This document shows positions 8,985 through 14,460 of a DNA stretch of 14,460 nt, in pieces. This DNA is from Octopus sinensis. Its lineage: Eukaryota. The position numbers and the translations under genes are program-made. The notes under the pieces are model-generated. The model was not told where the DNA came from, did no database searches, and saw only the letters and a list, made by a program, of their open reading frames with translations. The stretch covers positions 1-14,460 of the forward strand of contig NW_021825826.1 in NCBI RefSeq assembly GCF_006345805.1, read 5' to 3'. Each line of letters starts with the position of its first letter. Positions within the stretch are counted from its first letter, which is position 1.

Positions 8985-9470
8985 ATAGAATACATATATA
9001 CATACATACATATGTACGTACATACATACAAATATGCATGTTTGCATACATGCATGTATACATACATAAATACATACATACATACAGGCATGCATACATA
9101 CACACACACATAATATGTATGTACGTATGTACGTATGGTATGTATGTATGTATGTATGTATGTATGTATGTATGTATGATGCATGCATGTGTGTATGTAT
9201 GTATGTCGTTGTATGTATGTATGTATGTTATGCATGCATGTATGTAGTATGTATGTATGTATGTATGCATATGTATGTATGTATGTATGTAGTATGTATG
9301 TATGTAGTATGTAGGATGTATGCATGCATGCAGTGGTATGTATGTAGTACGTATGTATGTAGTATGTAGGTATGTGATGTATGTATGTATGTAGTATGTA
9401 TGTATGTATGTGCAGTATGAGGTATGTATGTATGTATGTATGTATGTATGTATGTGTATGTATGTATGTG

Positions 9471-9502
<32 letters not shown>

Positions 9503-9675
9503 TGCATGCATGCATGCGGTATGTATTGATATCTAATGTATGTACGTACGTACGTATGTATGTATGTATGTATGTGTTGTATGTATGTATGTATGTGTGT
9601 ATGAAGTATGTATGTGTGTATGTATGTAGTATGTATGTGGGTGTATGAATGTATGTATGTATATATGTATGTATG

Positions 9676-9709
<34 letters not shown>

Positions 9710-10412
9710 TGTATGTATGTATGTACGTGTGTATGTATGTATGTATGTATGTAGTATGTATTAATGTATGTATGTATGTACGTATGTTGCATGTATGTAT
9801 GTATGTATGTAGTGTATGTATGCATGCATGTATGTATTATGTAGTATGTATGTATGTATGCATGCATGTATGTATGTATGTATGTAGTATATGTGTTGTA
9901 TGTATGTGGTATGTATGTATGTACGTACGTATGTATGTATGTATGTATGTATGCATGCATGTATGTATGTATGTATGTATGTATGTATTGGTATGTATGT
10001 ATGTATGTATGTATGTATGTTGTATGTGTATGTATGTACTGTATGTATGTATGTATGTATGTATGTATGCAGCATGTATGCAGTATGTATGATATATGTA
10101 TGTATGTACGTATGCATGTATGTATGGTGTATGTATGTACGTATGTATGTATGTATGTATGTATGTATGTATGCATGTATGTATTATGTAGTATGTATGT
10201 ATGTATGTATGTACGTAGTACGTACGCATGTATGTATGTATGTACGTGTATGTATGTATGTATGTATGTATGTATGTGTATGTATCTGCATTCATGTATG
10301 TATGTATGTATGTATGTATGTATGTATGTATGTATGTATGCATTATTATGTATGTATATATGTGTGTATGTACGTACGTACGTACGTACGCATATTTGTA
10401 TGTATGTATGTA
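8985..10412. repeat. ~1.4 kb degenerate (TATG)n array, first ~125 bp in the opposite (CATA)n orientation
   Basis: TATG units with TACG/TGCA/TAG variants; source of the HTYI/MYVC ORFs. Confidence 0.97.
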
Positions 10413-10954
10413 GAAAAAAAGGGATGAAAATTCCAGACGAGTATTTTTTAAGCTCTCCGTAGGATTCAAACATGGCTCATCAAATTGACCAATGGGAACC
10501 TGGCAACACACGTAGTCCATAAAATCGTTTACCGCTGCCTGTCCAGTCTGTAAATCCTAAGTTGATACATCGAAAAATTCAGTCTAAAGTTACAGAATAT
10601 AATAGAAACCACAAATCTGTCTTCCTTGATTGTTGACTCTTCTCTATTCCTAGCGGTGTGGTGAGGTCTTGAGAAGGATAAATTGGTGTTAAATTCTCGA
10701 TCTCGGTAGCATTCCCATCGATCAGATGTGGATCTATTAATATACATGATTAATAACTCACGAATTTATGTAATCTTAATACATCTGACACACGCGTAAG
10801 ATAATTAAAAACGTATAATTTTTCATTTATTTGGAGGGTTCTATTTATACATATGTGTATGTATGTATGCATATATACAGGGTGTGGTGAATAAACTCTC
10901 GTCTAAATTACGCAAAAATGAAAATAACACTGACATCTTATTTCAACAGATATT

Positions 10955-11339
10955 CTCTATCCGTTCAGTCGAAGTCGACTCTCGGTCATTCGTTGGATCA
11001 GTGTCCTCCAGTCAGTTCTATCCTGGGTCACTTCCTTCAGATTGGCTATGTCCATTCCGGTATCACTCTTGATGGTGTCAAGCCAGCGGGTTCTTGGTCG
11101 GCCTCTTCCTCTCTTGCCACTGACCATTCCGTATATATAATATATATCTATCTCTCTCTCCGCTCAGTCGAAGTCGACTCTCGGTCACTCGTTGGATCAG
11201 TGTCCTCCAGTCAGTTCTATCCTGGGCCGCTTCCTTCAGATTGGCTATGTCCGGTCCGGTATCACTCTTGATGGTGTCAAGCCAGTGGGTTCTTGGTCGG
11301 CCTCTTCCTCTTTTGCCACTGACCATTCCGTATATATAA

Positions 11340-11391
<52 letters not shown>

Positions 11392-11800
11392 CGCTCAGTC
11401 GAAGTCGACTCTCGGTCACTCGTTGGATCAGTGTCCTCCAGTCAGTTCTATCCTGGGCCGCTTCCTTCAGATTGGCTATGTCCGGTCCGGTATCACTCTT
11501 GATTGTGTCAAGCCAGTGGGTTCTTGGTCGGCCTCTTCCTCTCTTTCCACTGACCATTCCGAGCATGATGTCCTTCTCCAGGGATTTTCTCCGCATAATA
11601 TGACCGAAATATGCCAATCTATGCTTGGTGATCCCAGCTTCTAGCGACATTTTCGGCCTGTTCTGCTTAAGAACTTCTCCATTGGTGAGCCTCGCTGTCC
11701 ATGGAATCCGTAAAAGTCTTCTCCAACACCAAAGCTCGAATGCATTAATTCTCTTCTGGTCAGCTTTCTTTAGTGTCCAGGTCTTGCATCCATATGTTGC
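10955..11800 (-). mobile_element. 5'-truncated RTE-clade (BovB-like) LINE with triplicated 3' end
   Basis: Coding remnant 11387-11800 plus two more 172-bp 3' copies; (ATAG)n tail; TATT on both sides (10951-10954, 11801-11804). Confidence 0.9.
11387..11800 (-). pseudogene. C-terminal 137 aa of an RTE-type LINE ORF, uninterrupted but 5'-truncated
   Basis: ATYGCKTWTLKKADQKRINAFELWCWRRLLRIPWTARLTNGEVL...YFGHIMRRKSLEKDIMLGMVSGKRGRGRPRTHWLD...AAQDRTDWRTLIQRVTESRLRLSG*; AFELWCWRRLLR.PW, YFGH.MRR, RGR...W.D and DR..WR are RTE/BovB C-terminal motifs. Confidence 0.92.
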
Positions 11801-11848
11801 TATTTACCAAAATTACATAGAAATATCTTGAAATTCGAAAGACTAAAT

Positions 11849-12666
11849 TTATTCAATAAAATCGCCATTGCCTTCAACGCCGGCCTTCAGACAACTTCGG
11901 TATCTCCTGCAATTTTGTGAATGCTGCCATAATCCTTGCCTTCGGTTAATCTTTGGTGTTACAAGGAGTTTTGTTGGTCTCTCGCTCAACTGCGCTCCAC
12001 ACATAATAACCAAGGGGGTTGCAGTCTGGGGAGTTAGGTGGCCAGATGTTAGGGGTGATGTGGTCGCAGAAATTGTCTGGGCGGCGAGCTGGCAGAATCG
12101 TTAGCACGCCGGGCGAAATGCGTAGCCGTATTTCGTCTGCCGTTACATTCTGAGTTCAAATTCCGCCAATGTTGACTTTGCCTTTCATCCTTTCGGGGTC
12201 GATAAATTAAGTACCAGTTATGCACTGGGGGTCGATGTAATCGACTTAATCCGTTTGTCTGTCCTTGTTTGTCCCCTCTATGTTTAGCCCCTTGTGGGTA
12301 GTAAAGAAATAAGAAATTGTCTGACAGCCATGACTGGGTTCTCCTGCTTGTGTGACATGGTACAGAGTTTTGTTGCCAGGCATAGGATCTCCCAGCAACC
12401 ATCCTCTTGACCCAGGGCAGCACTACCTCCTCCAGGCTCTTGATGTAGGCCTCCGTGTTGAGTCTGAGACCGTGCTGGAAGATGAATGGAGGCATAACGT
12501 CGCCATCACTAGTGATCACCCCAAACATTCGGTACATGTTCTCAGATTGCACTGTCCTCAGACTAACACCCAAACACTCTGAAATGTTCGTATTTGAGCT
12601 CTCGGCGCGAATGCCAAGCAGTACAGCGTGTCGTTTCCAAATTTCTGGCAGAGTGAATTGCGTCAT
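11849..12666 (-). pseudogene. Dead DD37D-type transposase: internal deletions, SINE insertion, premature stop
   Basis: An N-terminal HTH-like segment (MTQFTLPEIWKRHAV..ISECLGVSLRTVQ) is fused to MFGVITSDGDVMPPFIF..WQQNSVPCHTSRRTQSWLSDNF. After removing the SINE it continues CDHITPNIWPPNSPDCNPLGYYVWSAVERETNKTPCNTKD* (stop 11946-11948). In another frame CRRYRSCLKAGVEGNGDFIE* ends at 11849. There are 37 residues between the two catalytic positions, now N and G. Confidence 0.9.
12080..12311 (+). mobile_element. Full-length tRNA-derived SINE, family A, with 12-bp TSD
   Basis: GGCGGCGAGCTGGCAGAATCG head and B box GAGTTCAAATTC (12152-12163); exact AGAAATTGTCTG at 12068-12079 and 12312-12323; excision restores the transposase frame. 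Confidence 0.95.
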
Positions 12667-12792
12667 GGTGATGTTTTTCTCACAGACGATGCCCAACTGA
12701 TCTTACTATACTGTGTAATCGACAAAAACAAACAATGCACATGCAGGAAATATAAAATATAAAATGGCGACAATTTACCCATCGCACTCTGC

Positions 12793-12807
12793 GTGTGTGT
12801 GTATATA

Positions 12808-12848
<41 letters not shown>

Positions 12849-13035
12849 TATATGTATGTATGTATGAACATATATATAAATACATACATATATACATACA
12901 TATATATATATATATACCCATATATATATGTAATGTATGTATGTAATACATATATACAATACATACATATATACATATATTATATATTATTAGATATATA
13001 TATATATATATATAATTATATATATATATATAATT
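12793..13035. repeat. (TA)n/(TATG)n/(CATA)n tract
   Basis: Low-complexity AT-rich run abutting the right transposon end. Confidence 0.92.
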
Positions 13036-13044
13036 GCAATGTAT

Positions 13045-13225
13045 ACATCGCTAGCCACTACACATTCTTTATTTCTCCCTTGTTTCTTTCTGTGTTCCAT
13101 TCTGTCGAGAGCATAGGCTCGAAGCGTTAAAGACATTTTCATTTCCCGAGCGTTAAACTAATACATCTGTTTGTTGTTTACACCAAGTGTCTTCTTTTCT
13201 TTGTTTTTATTTTGTGAGTTTCTCC
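13045..13225 (+). mobile_element. Possible Penelope-like terminal-repeat remnant with a degenerate minimal hammerhead motif
   Basis: T-rich segment containing CTGTCGA-GAGC-ATAG-GCTC-GAAGCGTT (13102-13128), two substitutions from CTGANGA-stemII-GAAACGT-H. Confidence 0.45.
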
Positions 13226-13779
13226 CTATATATATGTATGTGGTGTGGTGTGTTATGGTATATATATATATATATAATATATATGATATATATATATATT
13301 TATATATAGCAAATGAAAGACGAAAGATGGGATATACGAGAATTTATTATTAATCACGATAATTGTTTCGACACATCTAGCATCGGTCTCTTATGGGTGG
13401 GACTCTCAACAACTGGTTCAGGAGCATCCGGCGGTGCAGATGTATCTTGTCGGGTGATAAATAGATACAACTCGTTAAAATAACACTTCCGTAATGTAAC
13501 TTCTCGTTTTGTAGAAAGAAAAAGCAGTCAGACAGAGGAAATATCACAGATGGAAAAAAGAGAAACGAACACGCAATCCAGCAAGAAAAGTATTAAAAAT
13601 AACCGTTAACAAATATGGATGTATAAACACCCTCGGGCAAGTTGCATGGCGCAAGAACGCTGGCTCATACAACCATCCGCGAAAATGTGAGCATACGCAC
13701 ACGTGAGGTTTGGTGCACTCACGAACACAAAGGGAGTTAGTTATCTACTTGGTGTTTGTAAGAATGGGGAGGTTAAAAG

Positions 13780-13829
13780 TAAACTTAAGTCATCCATACC
13801 TTAAAGTAAATTAAATTATCTATCTATCA

Positions 13830-13869
<40 letters not shown>

Positions 13870-13930
13870 CTATCAATCTATCTATCTATCTATCTTTCTT
13901 TCTATCTATCTATCAATCTATTTCTATCTG

Positions 13931-13984
<54 letters not shown>

Positions 13985-14092
13985 ATCTACTATCTATCTA
14001 TCTATCTATCTTCTGTCTATCTATCTATCTATCTCTATCTATCTAGCTATCTATCTATCTCTACCAATCTATCTATCTATCTATCTCTCTCA

Positions 14093-14135
<43 letters not shown>

Positions 14136-14148
14136 CATCCATCCATCC

Positions 14149-14207
<59 letters not shown>

Positions 14208-14260
14208 AATCTATCTATCTTAAACTTAAGTCATCCATACCTTAAAGTAAATTAAATTAT
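13780..14260. repeat. 401-bp (TATC)n array (13820-14220) flanked by perfect 40-bp direct repeats
   Basis: TAAACTTAAGTCATCCATACCTTAAAGTAAATTAAATTAT is identical at 13780-13819 and 14221-14260. Confidence 0.95.
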
Positions 14261-14460
14261 GTTAACGGTTACTCAAAATTTATTCTCACTGCATTGTGCG
14301 AAAGTATATTTATATGCGTGTAGATATCTCGTGAATCTTTCAGGAATTTTATTAATGATCTTCTCGTTAGTCCACAGAATAGACAGGGATTCCCCGGAGC
14401 AGAGACGGCATCTCCTGAAAATTATATAGTTTGGTTTCGCGTACCTTAGTAGGACCAAGT

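Larger units (their letters stand above)
10878..12791 (-). mobile_element. Non-autonomous Tc1/mariner-superfamily DNA transposon, DD37D (maT)-like
   Basis: Left end TA|CAGGGTGTGGTGAATAAACTCTCGTC (10878-10903); the reverse complement of the right end, CAGAGTGCGATGGGTAAATTGTCGCC (12766-12791), matches it at 18/26. A transposase remnant lies between. TA is not preserved on the right flank. Confidence 0.8.

Noticed and set aside
8681-10520. His/Thr/Tyr/Ile-rich ORFs up to 498 aa
   Set aside because: Translations of (TATG)n/(CATA)n.
10440-10760. Possible exon after ctctccgtAG (10460) and the 72-aa minus ORF
   Set aside because: Early stop, no good donor, no recognisable motif.
13340-13420. Third hammerhead-like site around minus-strand GTCGAAACAATT
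   Set aside because: No CUGANGA core or pairing stem II upstream.
14273-14458. 61-aa minus ORF and a possible plus-strand exon near 14380
   Set aside because: Short, no recognisable homology, weak splice signals, at the window edge.

Overview
Repeat-dense, non-coding animal DNA (intron or intergenic). The SINE families resemble those I recall from Octopus; I could not verify this by search. No intact protein-coding gene is supportable: nearly all long ORFs in the track are microsatellite translations. Much of the window is simple repeat: (TATC)n, (GATA)n, (TATG)n, (TA)n/(TG)n and two ~0.9 kb polypurine tracts. The rest contains: (i) three tRNA-derived SINE families (working labels A, B, C), with a nested pile at 6125-7380 that forms a 90-bp-arm inverted repeat; (ii) a dead, internally deleted DD37D/maT-type Tc1/mariner element (10878-12791) hosting a SINE with a 12-bp TSD and a 5'-truncated RTE/BovB-like LINE whose 3' end is present three times; (iii) a 401-bp (TATC)n array between perfect 40-bp direct repeats, suggesting a tail-only retroinsertion; (iv) degenerate hammerhead-like motifs in possible Penelope-like remnants; (v) traces of an old ~2 kb tandem duplication hidden by microsatellite expansion. 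SINE labels and ages are my inference from comparisons within the window.
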